From assembly GCA_052327205.1 (NCBI GenBank), contig CM126202.1:454212001-454276000 (forward strand): a stretch of DNA of 64,000 bases, written 5' to 3'. The translations under genes were made by a program, and so were the position numbers. Source of the DNA: Somniosus microcephalus. Its lineage: Eukaryota. The notes under the pieces were generated by a model. It did not search any database. It saw only the letters and a program-made list of their open reading frames with translations, and was not told the DNA's origin. Shown here piece after piece: positions 1-10,358 of the stretch (its first letter is position 1; the number at the start of each line of letters is the position of its first letter).

Positions 1-136
1 ATTTATATAAAGATAAAGAAGCAGTATCAATCACTGTGTTCCTTGATCAGTCAATATTAATAGTAGCATTTGCTTATTTATTTAATCCCTAATTTATATC
101 TGGTTGATAATCCTGCTAGGCCTCAATTGGGAAAAT

Positions 137-487
137 CTTAAGAAAGTGGGAAGGGAGGAGGTAAAAGGGCAGGAGTTGCATCTCCTGCGCTTGCATGGGA
201 AGGTGCCTTGGGAAGGGGAAGGAGTGATGTGGGTGATTGAGGAGTGGACCAGGGTGTCTCGGAGGGAACATTTCCTTCAGAATGCTGAAAGGGGAGGGGA
301 GAGGAAGATGAGTTTGGTGGTGGGGTCACGCTGGAGGTGGCTTATATGGCGGAGGATTATCCGTTGAAGGTGGAGGCTGGTGGGGTGGAAGGTGAGGTCA
401 AGGGGAACCCTATTGTGGTTCTAGGAGGGAAGGAAGGGGTGAGAGCAGATGTGCGGGAAATAGAATGGACACGGTTGAGGGCCATGT
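137..487 (-). mobile_element. Inverted partial copy of the adjacent Penelope-like element
   Basis: Reverse-complement counterpart of ~1255-1595. Minus-strand translation DMALNRVHSISRTSALTPS matches DMTLNRVFSISRTSALTPS in ORF 1050-1637. Confidence 0.85.
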
Positions 488-2348
488 CTCCCCCATCCAG
501 TTTTTTCCCACCTACATCTGCAACTCTTCCAATGCCCTCCGCCATTTTAACAGTTTCCAGTTTCCTGGCCCCAACCGCCTCCTTTTCACTATGGATGTCC
601 AATCCCTCCACACCTCCATCCCCCACCAGGATGGCCTGAGGGCGCTCCACTTCTTCCTTGAACAGAGGCCCAACCAGTCGCCATCCACCACTACCCTCCT
701 CCGCCTGGCTGAACTTGTTCTCACAGTGAACAACTTCTCCTTTGACTCCACTCACTTCCTCCAAATTAAAGGTGTTGCTATGGGTACCCGCATGGGTCCT
801 AGCTATACCTGCCTTTTCATGGGATATGTGGAACATTCTTTGTTCCAGTCCTACTCAGGTCCCCTCCCTCACCTCTTTTTCTGGTACATTGATGACTGTA
901 TCGGTGCCGTTTCCTGCTCTCGCCCTGAACTAGAAAATTTCATTGACTTCACTTCCAATTTCCACCCTTCCTTCACCTTCACATGATCCATCTCCGACTG
1001 TTCCCTTCCCTTCCTCGACTTCTCTGTCTCCATTTCTGGGGATAGGCTATTGGCAAACATCCGCTATAAGCCCACTGACTCCCACATCTACCTGGACTAC
1101 ACTTCCTCCCACCCCGCTTCCCGTAAGGACTCTATTCCATTCTTCCAGTTTCTCCGTCTCCGCCGCATCTGCTTTGACGACACCATCTTCCACACCAGTG
1201 CTTCAGACATGTCTTCCTTTTTCCTCAATCGAGGATTCCCCTCTACCGTGGTTGACATGACCCTCAACCGTGTCTTTTCTATCTCCCGCACTTCTGCTCT
1301 CACCCCTTCCCCTCTTTTCCAGAACCACGATAGGGTTCCCCTTGTCCTCACCTTTCACCCCACCAGCCTCCATATTCAATGTTTCATCCTCCGCCATTTC
1401 CGCCACCTCCAGCGTGATCCCACCACCAAACACATCGTCCCCTCACCTCCCCTTTCAGCATTCCGAAGGGACCGCTCCCTCCGCAACACCCTGGTCCACT
1501 CCTCAATAACCCCCAACTCCCCTTCCCCTTCCCATGGCACCTTCCTGTGCAAGTGCAGGAGATGCAACACCTGCCCCTTTACCTCCTCCCTTCCCACTGC
1601 CCAGGGCCCCAAACACCCCTTCCAGGTGAAACAGTGATTTACTTGTACTTCTCACAATTTAATATACTGTATTCACTGCTCACGATGCGGTCTCCTCTAC
1701 ATTAGAGTGACCAAACGCAGATTGGGGGACCGCTTTGTGGAAATCCTCTATTCAGTCCGTAAGTGTGACCCCGAGCTTCCGGTTGCCTGTCACTTTAATT
1801 CTCCGCTTCACTCCCACTCTGACCTCTCCGTCCTCGGCCTCTTGCATTGTTCCAATGAAGCTCAACGTAAGCTCGAGGAACAGCACCTCATCTTTTGAGT
1901 AGGCACTTTACAGCCTTCTGGACTCAACATGGAGTTCAACAATTTCAGATTGTAACCTCGGCCCCTATCTTTTTCCCCACAGGGCAGCTGTTGATGAATC
2001 TTCCCATTTACACTTCATCTAGAGCCATCTTTTGTTTCTTAACTTGTCCCATTACCATCTCCTTTTGCCTCGCACCATCATCCCTTTTGTCATTTAATCT
2101 CTCCTGCCTTCCACCCTATCACAGACCCTCCCTTTTGTTCTTTCATCCCCTCCCCCATTTCCCAGCCACTAAACTTGCTTAAAAACCTGTTCCATTTCCT
2201 GCTTTTTTCCAGTTCTGATGAAAGGTCGTCGACCTGAAACGTTAACTCTGTTTCTCTCTTCACAGATGCTGCCTGACCTGCTGAGTATCTCCAGCATTTT
2301 CTGTTTTTATTTCAGATTTCCAGCCTCTGCAGTATTTTGCTTTTGTAT
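488..2348 (+). mobile_element. Penelope-like retroelement (RT + GIY-YIG endonuclease), 5'-truncated and decayed, with 3' terminal region
   Basis: One reading frame broken by in-frame TGA codons ending at 986, 1637 and 1898. RT motifs MDVQSLHTSIPH, GVAMGTRMGPSY, YIDD; thumb YKPTDSHIYLDYTSSHP; Cys linker CKCRRCNTCPF; GIY-YIG-like LIYCIHCSRCGLLYI..TKRRLGDRFVE. Confidence 0.92.
2211..2247 (+). ncRNA. Minimal type I hammerhead ribozyme in the Penelope terminal region
   Basis: AGTT-CTGATGA-A-AGGTC-GTC-GACCT-GAAA-CG-TT-AACT: stem I AGTT/AACT, intact CUGAUGA and GAAA core, 5-bp stem II, palindromic mini stem III. Confidence 0.85.
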
Positions 2349-2496
2349 AAAGATTGTTATATGTCATTTCAGGAGTTGTTGCTCATCCCAACACTACTGC
2401 AGGGCTCAAAGAATTAAGGCGTAGCTCGTAAACTGCAATGCAGGTTAGTAACATGACAGTGCTTCATGTGTTGGTCTGAATTTACATAGAATTACA

Positions 2497-2845
2497 CAGC
2501 ACGGTGGCATAGTGGTTAGCACTGTTGCCTCACAGCACCAGGGACCCGGGTTCGAATCCGGCCTCGGGCGACTGTCTGTGTGGAGTTTGCACATTCTCCC
2601 CGTGTTTGCGTGGGTTTACTCCGGGTGCTCCGGTTTCCTCCCACAGTCCAAAGATGTGCGGGTTAGGTTGATTGGCTATGATAAATTGACCCTTAGTGTT
2701 AGGGGGATTAAATACGTGGGGTTACGGGGATAGGGTGGGATATGTGTTGGTGTAGGGGTTATGGGGATCGGGTGGGATATGCGTCGGTGCAGGCTCGATG
2801 GGCCGAAATGGCCTCGATCTGCACTGTGGGGTTTCTGTGATTCTG
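2497..2845 (+). mobile_element. tRNA-derived HE1-like V-SINE
   Basis: A box TGGCATAGTGG, B box GGTTCGAATCC, V-domain GTCTGTGTGGAGTTTGCACATTCTCCCCGTG..CTCCGGTTTCCTCCCACAGTCCAAAGA, CR1-like 3' tail. Near-identical copy at 63696. Confidence 0.85.
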
Positions 2846-3039
2846 TGTGAATATATCGCACAGAAACAGGCCATTCAGCCCACCTGGTCCATGCCGGTCT
2901 TTATGCTCTACACGAGCCTCCACTCTCTCCACTCTCTCAGTGAAGGGGATAATCCCATTGGCTGCCACGTTCACCTATATAACTAAACAGACCGCATTTA
3001 GAAGCAATTCACTGGGGTAACTCTTGACTTTGTGCAGTA

Positions 3040-3325
3040 GTGTAAAACACAGGAACAGGAGGAGGCCAGTCAGCCTCTCGAACCTGTTCCACCATTCAAT
3101 TAGATCATGGCTGATCTGTAACTTAACCCCATCTACCCGCTTTGGTTCATTAACCCTTAATACCCTAATCCAACAAAAATCTCTCAATCTCAGTTTTGAC
3201 ATTTTCAATTGACCCCCCCAGCCTCAAGAGCTTTTTGGGGGAGAGAGTTCCAGATTTCCACTATCCTTTGTGTGAAGAAATGCTTCCTGACATCACCCCT
3301 GAATGGCCTGGCTCTAATTTTAAGC
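3040..3325 (-). mobile_element. CR1 LINE 3' fragment
   Basis: Minus-strand RARPFRGDVRKHFFTQRIVEIWNSLPQ followed by CR1 3' UTR. Confidence 0.85.
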
Positions 3326-3560
3326 CAAGCCGCCTTGTTCTGGAGATAGGGAAAGTTGACTTCAATGGAAATAATAATAGGGAGGGATGTGAAACGGACT
3401 GCCGACTTGCTATCGCCCATTTTACACTGTCGCACAAGGTCAAGATCTACCCCCTTGTATGTGACGCACTTGGCAATTTTTTGAAGAGACACGATAGGCT
3501 GATAACGTGCAGCTTACCAGCACAGATCACTGGTTAGTTTGCGGCTAGGACTAGACTATT

Positions 3561-4322
3561 GGCCCAGAACTTGGTGTCGGGGGCTTGCTGCGCGTGCAAG
3601 CCCCCGATCTGCACTCACCCTGCGCGCTGACATCTGAAGCCCGGGCCTGCTTGCATTTCCTGTCACAGGCCCGGTTCAGATGTCAGCGCGCAGTGCTTAC
3701 CTGATCCAGCGGCGTAGTTAGTGCGATGTGCCGGCTGGGATCAGGTGAGCACTGTACAACCAATCAGGGGAGGGGAAGGTTCATTCATGAATTTGAGAGT
3801 AAGAACTGTCAAACTCATGAAAACTACGGGGACCCAAAACACTATTTAAACTTTAAATAAACATTTTAAAACATCCCAATCATTAAATTAAGTATAAATA
3901 AGTTTTAAAAAATAATTTAAACAATAATTTTTTTTTTTGAAAAAAATAAATTTTTAATAAAAAGGGTCTAAAACTAAACTTACCTTATTGTAGATTCTTT
4001 AAAATAATAAACCTGTGGGAAAAAAAATTCTAAATTGCACTAAGACACCACTTACCTGTAAAAATAAATACTTACGTGTGCTTTTTACAAGCGTAAAGAC
4101 CAGAGGCCTTTACACATGCGCAAATCCCCCAAAACAGAGGAAATCCAAGACGCACGCGCTGCCCCCTACAGCGCACGCGCTAGCCTCTTCAACTCGGGTT
4201 AGAGGAGAGGAAATGCCAGTTTTCAGCGCATGCGCTGTGCATGCTGAAAACCGGCATTTCCTCCGGCCAGATGCGTGAGTACCCCTTCCGTACTCACGCG
4301 TTTGGGGAGGAATTACTGCCCC
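3561..4322. mobile_element. Hairpin-rich MITE-like element, probably Harbinger-type
   Basis: ATT on both flanks (3558-3560, 4323-4325); imperfect TIRs GGCCCAGAACTT / AATTACTGCCCC; GC-rich hairpin arms around an AT-rich core. Confidence 0.55.
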
Positions 4323-4721
4323 ATTGTTTAGGGCATTGGCTTGCAGGGTTAACTGAGGAGGAAGAATCCCCGCCCACAGTGAGAAGTCAACATCCTAGAA
4401 ATAATCCTCAATCAAAATGTGGCGTTGCACAGATATCAGTGTCATATTATCAGCTCCCTGTTCAAGATAATCATGCAGATAGGATGCAAATCCTCCAGAC
4501 ACATCTAATGACACTATGCTGTCCCAAAAAGCAGAAATAATATCATATGTAAAGCACCCCGAGTCATTCTATTTCTATCTTAAATGCCACTGTCTGCACC
4601 TTGTCCACTAGTGTGTGTTTGCAAATGAAGATCAACAGGATTAGAACTTCTGTTGCTTCTCTATAAGGTTTCCCTCTATCCTACCATGGCTCCATTGTAA
4701 TGGTCCTAACAAGCAAAAGAA

Positions 4722-5178
4722 AATGAACTTGCATTTCTATAGCGCCCATCATGACCTCAGGACGTCCCGAAGCGCTTTACAGCCAATTAAGTACTTTTTG
4801 AAGTGTAGTGACTGTTGTAATGTAGGAAATGCGGCAGCCAATTTGCACACAGTAAAGTCCCACAAACAGCAATGTGATAATGATCAGATAATGTATTTTA
4901 CTGATGTTAATTGAGGGATATATATTGACCCAGGACACCGGGGAGAACTCCCTGCTCTTCTTTGAAATAGTGCCATCTTTTACGTCCACCTGAGAGAGCA
5001 GAATGGGCTTTGGTTTACCGTCTCTTCCGAAAGACGGCACGTCTGACAGTGCGGCACTCCCTCAGCGCTGTACTGGAGTGTCAGCCTAGACTTTTGTGCT
5101 CAAGTCCCTGGAGTGGGACTGTGAACCCACAACCTTCTGACTCAGAGGCAAGAGTGCTGCCCACTGAGCCACGACTGA
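4722..5178 (-). mobile_element. SacSINE1-like DeuSINE
   Basis: On the minus strand: tRNA-like head (GTGGCTCAGTGGGCAGCACTC..GGTTC), Deu-type core, tail ending GGCGCTATAGAAATGCAAG. Many copies in the window. Confidence 0.8.
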
Positions 5179-5235
5179 CTGAGCCAGGGCACCCACTCCC
5201 GGTCACTGTCCGGTGACACTGGGCGAGAGCAAGAT

Positions 5236-5381
5236 GATCATAGAATCATAGAATCGTACAGCACAGAAGGAGGCCATTCGGCCCATCGAGCCTGTGCCGG
5301 CTCTTTCGAAGAGCAATCCGGTTAGTCCCACTCCCCCGCTCTTTCCCCATACCCCTGCAATTTTTTCTCCTTCAAGTATTT
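5236..5381 (-). mobile_element. CR1 3' tail fragment
   Basis: (ATCATAGA)n tail, GAAGGAGGCCATTCGGCCC motif, KKLQGYGERAGEW. Confidence 0.75.
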
Positions 5382-6099
5382 AATAACTGTCACAGTTGAA
5401 GAGCCGCCCAACCAACACACACCATCCCTCTGACCCCTCCCCCGATTAGTGTTGTAATGTGGGGAAATGCAGCAGCCAATTTGCACACAGCAAGGTCCCA
5501 CAAACAGCAATGTGATAATGATCGGATGATGTTGGTTGAGGGATAAATATTGGCCCAGGACACTGGCCCACACACCAATGCTGTCAAGACTCGCACATTA
5601 ATAATGACAAGGAAATGGAAGCCCACGAGAATGTAGCCCAGCCTGTTGTTAGGAGAGAATAGTTTATTTTTTTTTAGACAAAGATTTTTCTTGTAGCACA
5701 TCTTGTTAAGATTTGGCAGTTTACAAGTGAAATTTTCATGCGTTGGATTTCCCAGCTCCTATTCTTATCGTAACTATATACTCAGCCGGTACATTACCTG
5801 CAGTTAAAGATAGTATTAGATTAAAGGAGGAGGCTTATAATGTTGCCAAAAAGAGCAGTAAGCCTAAGAGTTGGGAAGATTTTAGAATTCAGCAAAGGAG
5901 GACCAAGAAATTGTTAAAGAAAGGGAAAATAGAATATGAGAGTAAACTAGCGAGAGACATAAAAACAGATTGTAAAAGCTTCTATAGGTAAGTAAAAAGG
6001 AAAAGGTTAGCGAAAGTAAATGTGGGTCCCTTACAGGCTGAGACAGGAGAAATTATAATGGTGAATCAGGAAATGGCAGTGAAATTAAACAAATACTTT

Positions 6100-7652
6100 G
6101 GCCGCAAATTTAATCGTGCCGAGGGCGCGGGTTTGGAGGCGGGACCGATGTCAAAATCACAAAGATTTACAGCGGATAAGAAACCCACTGTCAACCCGCC
6201 TCCACACGAGTCTCCCAGGTGTTGGGTCTGTCAGCGCAGAACTGACCCGACACCAAGCGGCGGGGGAGACAATTCAGTTACTTAAATGGCTTGCCAAGAG
6301 CCAATTTAAGAGTCTTTTGAGGCTTTCTTGTAATTTTACCTTCTCCCCCACTGGTTATTCACTGTTCGGGGAACACGCCAGCTCAACCTGGCGTGTTGTG
6401 AGTCTGCTCTGATGTTTGTGAAAAGCTGACAGCTGCAGAAGTGGTGTCAAGGGTGCCATGTTGCAGATGGTGAGTTTCAGAGCACAGAAAATGTTGGTTA
6501 CTGCATTTTTAATACATATAGAGATTCCTTTAGCTTACAAGTTTTTAGATCCAACTGTATGTCCAATGCCACCTCATTGGGAGAACTTCTCTCACCAGTG
6601 ACAGATCGCTTCTGTCATCTCACCTGCAGCTGCCATCTATTCCAACAACATCAGAGCCATTGAAACAATCAGACCTTGGTCCTCCGAATCCTTCCAGGAT
6701 CAGCCCCAACACCAACATCACCAACCTCATCATCAACCTCCTCTGCCATCGCCTGATGCTGCACTGGACACAGGGCATCAGCCCCTGACAAAATTGCTAG
6801 CTGGGAGGCCAACAATGGCATCACCATGGCCAGACTTTCTTCAACTGATGCTGTAAACCCTGGCTGCCATATGATGCACCAGGTTGACACCATCCCACAC
6901 CAGCACCGTGAAGCATCCCTTTAATGTCCAAACCATTCCATGCACACACATCACTATAGCGGGATGGGGGGGGGGGGGGGAATTTATGACTGAACAATCA
7001 CTGGAACTCAGTAAGACACTTCTCAATGTGCGCTCAGATCTGTCTAATAAGGGGCACTCTTTGAAAATGAGATTTCACTGTATGACAACACATTACCAGA
7101 AACTTCACATTGACATTGGCTAAAACTTTCAAGTGCTTACCTTTGTGTGTGTTGTTAGTTGGTATGCTTGCAGTAGGATAAGGGTGAGTGCGAGGGTTGG
7201 CTAGTGAGATGGGGAAGTTATAAAGTAGATAGAGGGGGTTGGGTGGAGGTGCAAGGTAAGTTGGTGTCCTGGGGAGGTCTCTTCCACCCGTTGGAAGGGA
7301 AGACAACCCCCCTGCGTGCTGTGACTCCCTCCATAAGCATATGGAGTCATTGGAGAGCCTGGATGCAAGAGTTCAGCTTTGTCCAGTGATTGTCAGTGTT
7401 TACAGCACCTCAATGCTGTCAAACACTGACAGATCAACTGTCAAACTCCATGTGGACGTGGTCCCTTTAAGGAAACCGGCTGATGACGCGTCATCAAATG
7501 ATGTCATCAGACCCGCTTCCTGTTAATTGGCCGGTAACAAGGCCAATCAAGGTAAAATCATGTCTGCAGAGCAGACGCAGCTGGGAGCGGGAGCAGAACC
7601 AGAAAACCAGCTGTCCTGCCCCCATCCTGCATCCTCAATTAAATTTGTGGCC
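6100..7652. mobile_element. Non-autonomous Harbinger-type DNA transposon inserted in CR1
   Basis: 15-bp TIRs GGCCGCAAATTTAAT / ATTAAATTTGTGGCC; TTT duplicated at 6097-6099 and 7653-7655; interrupts the host CR1 frame. Confidence 0.8.
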
Positions 7653-8214
7653 TTTGTGTCTGTCTTCATGGAAGAAGAGGCAAAAATATTCCCGGAAATA
7701 GTGGAGAATCAAGGGTCCAACGAGAATGAGGAACTGAAAGAAATTAGTATTAGTAAAAAAATAGTACTGGAGAAATTAATGGGACTGAAAGCTGATAAAT
7801 CCCCTGGACCGGATGACCTACATCCTAGGGTTTTGAAAGAGGTGGCTATACAGATAGTGGATGCATTGGTTGTCATCTTCCAAAATTCCATAGATTCTGG
7901 AATGGTTCCTGCAGATTGGAAGGTAGCAAATGTAACCACACTATTTAAGAAAAGAGGGAGAGAGAAAACGGGGAACTACAGACCAGTTAGCTTGACATCA
8001 GTAGTAGGGAAAATGCTGGAATTTATTGTTAAGGACGTGATAACAGGGCACTTAGAAAATAATAATAGGATTGGGCAGAGTCAACACGGATTTATGAAAG
8101 GGAAATCATGTTTGACAAATCTGTTGAGATTTTTGAGGTTGTAACTAGCAGAATAGATAAGGGGGAACCAATGGATGTGGTGTATATGGGTTTTCAGAAG
8201 GCATTCAACAAGGT

Positions 8215-9390
8215 ACATAGACACATAGAAGATAGTAGCAGGAGTAGGCCATTCGGCCCTTCGAGCCTGCTCCGCCATTCAATGAGATCATGGCTGATCA
8301 TCCAAATTCAGTACCCGGTCCCTGCCTTCTCCCCATATCCCTTGATCCCTTTAACCTTAAGAAATATATCCAACTCTTTCTTGAATATACTTAATGAACT
8401 GGCCTCCACCGCCCTCTGTGGCAGAGAATTCCACAGGTTCACCACTCTCTGGGTGAAGAAATTCCTCCTCATTTCAGTCCTAAATGGCTTACCCCTTATC
8501 CTTAGACTATGACCCCTGGTTCTGGACTCCCCGGCCATCAGAAACATCCTTCCTGCATCTAGTCTGTCCAGGCCTGACAGAATTTTATAGGTTTCGATGA
8601 GATCCCCTCTCAATCTTCTAAACTCCAGTGAGTATAAGCCCAATCGACACAATCTCTCCTCATACGTCATCCCTGCCATCCCAGGTATCAGCCTGGTGAA
8701 TCTTCGCTGCACTCCCTCCAGGCAAGAACGTCCTTCCTCAGATAAGGCGACCAAAACTGCACACAATACTCAAGGTGTGGTCTCACCAAGGCCCTGTACA
8801 ACTGTAGCAAGGCATCCTTGTTCCTGTACTCGAACCCTCTTGCTACGAAGGCCAACACACCATTTGCCTTCTTAACCGCCTGCTGCACCTGCATGCTTAC
8901 CTTCAGCGACTGGTGTACAAGAACACCCAGGTCTCTTTGCACTTCCCCTTCTCCCAATCTATTACCATTCAAATAATAATCTGCCTTCCTATTTTTGCCA
9001 CCAAAGTGGATAACCTCACATTTATCCACATTATTGTGCATTTGCCATGTTTCTGCCCAATCACCCAACCTGTCCAAATCGTGCTGGAGTTTCACGACAT
9101 CCTCCTCACAGCATACCCTCCCCCCCAGCTTTGTGTCGTCTGCAAATTTGGAGATATTACATCCAATTCTCTCGTCCAGATCATTAATATATATTGTGAA
9201 CAGCTGGGGTCCTAGGACCGATCCTTGCGGTACCCCACTAGTCACTGCCTGCCACTCGGAAAACGACCCGTTTATTCCAACTCTTTGCTTTCTGTCCGCC
9301 TACCAGTTCTCTATCCAAGTCAATACCTTGCCCCCAATCCCATGTGCCTTAATTTTGCACGATAATCTCTTATGCGGGACCTTATCGAAA
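8215..9390 (-). mobile_element. Young CR1 (HER1-like), 5'-truncated, antisense within the older CR1
   Basis: RT motifs [10 protein letters not shown] and FADDTKL; (TTTCTATG)-type tail; AAGGT duplicated at 8210-8214 and 9394-9398. Confidence 0.92.
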
Positions 9391-9962
9391 GATAAGGTGC
9401 CACACAAGAGAGTATTAAACAAAATTAGGGCTCATGGGATTGGGGGTAATATATTAGCATGGATTGAGGATTGGTTAATGGACAGAAAACAGAGAGTAGG
9501 AATAAGCGGGTCATTTTCGGGTTGCGGGCTGTAACTCGTGGGGTACCGCAAGGATCAGTGCTTGGGCCTCAGCTATTCACAATCTATATCAATGATTTGG
9601 ATGAGGGGACCAAATGTAATATATCCAAGTTTGCTGATGATACAAAGCTGGGTGGGAATGTAAGTTGTGAGGAGGATCCAAAGAGGATTCAAAGGGGATA
9701 TAGACAGGCTATGTGAGTGGGCAAGAACATGGCAAATGGAATATAATGTGGAGACATGTGAAGTTATCCACTTTGGTAGGAAAATTAGAAAAGCAGAGTA
9801 TTTTTTAAATGATGAAAGATTGGGAAATGTTGGTGTTCAGAGGGACCTGGGTGTCCTTGTACACGAATCACTGAAAGTTAACATGCAGGTACAGCAAGCA
9901 ATTAGGAAAGCAAATGGTATGTTGCTCTTTATTAGAAGAGGATTTGAGTATAAGAGTAAAGA

Positions 9963-10116
9963 GAGAATCATAGAAAAACATAGAAAAATAGGAACAGGAG
10001 TAGGCTGTTCAGCCCTTCGAGCCTGCTCCGCCATTCAATATGATCATGGCTGATCCTCTATCTCAATAGCATATTCCTGCTCTCTCACCATACCCCTTGC
10101 TGCAATTTGTATCTAG
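9963..10116 (-). mobile_element. Short CR1 3'-tail insertion in the older CR1
   Basis: CATAGAAA repeats plus GAGCCTGCTCCGCCATTCAAT 3' UTR interrupting the host KSK|DV junction. Confidence 0.75.
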
Positions 10117-10358
10117 ACGTCTCACTGCAATTACATAGGGTCCTGGTGAGACCACACCTGGAGTATTGTGTACAGTTTTGGTCTCCTTACCTAAGGAAGG
10201 ATATACTTGCCATAGAGGGAGTGCAACGAAGGTTCACCAGACTGGTTCCTGAGATGGGGGGATTAACATAGAAACATAGAAGATAGGAGCAGGAGTAGGC
10301 CATTCGGCCCCTCGAGCCTGCTCCGCCATTCGATGAGATCATGGCTGATCATCCAAAC

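Noticed and set aside
2497-2565. tRNA genes (also at 63696, 40384, 29553)
   Set aside because: A and B boxes are followed by SINE core and tail, so these are SINE heads.
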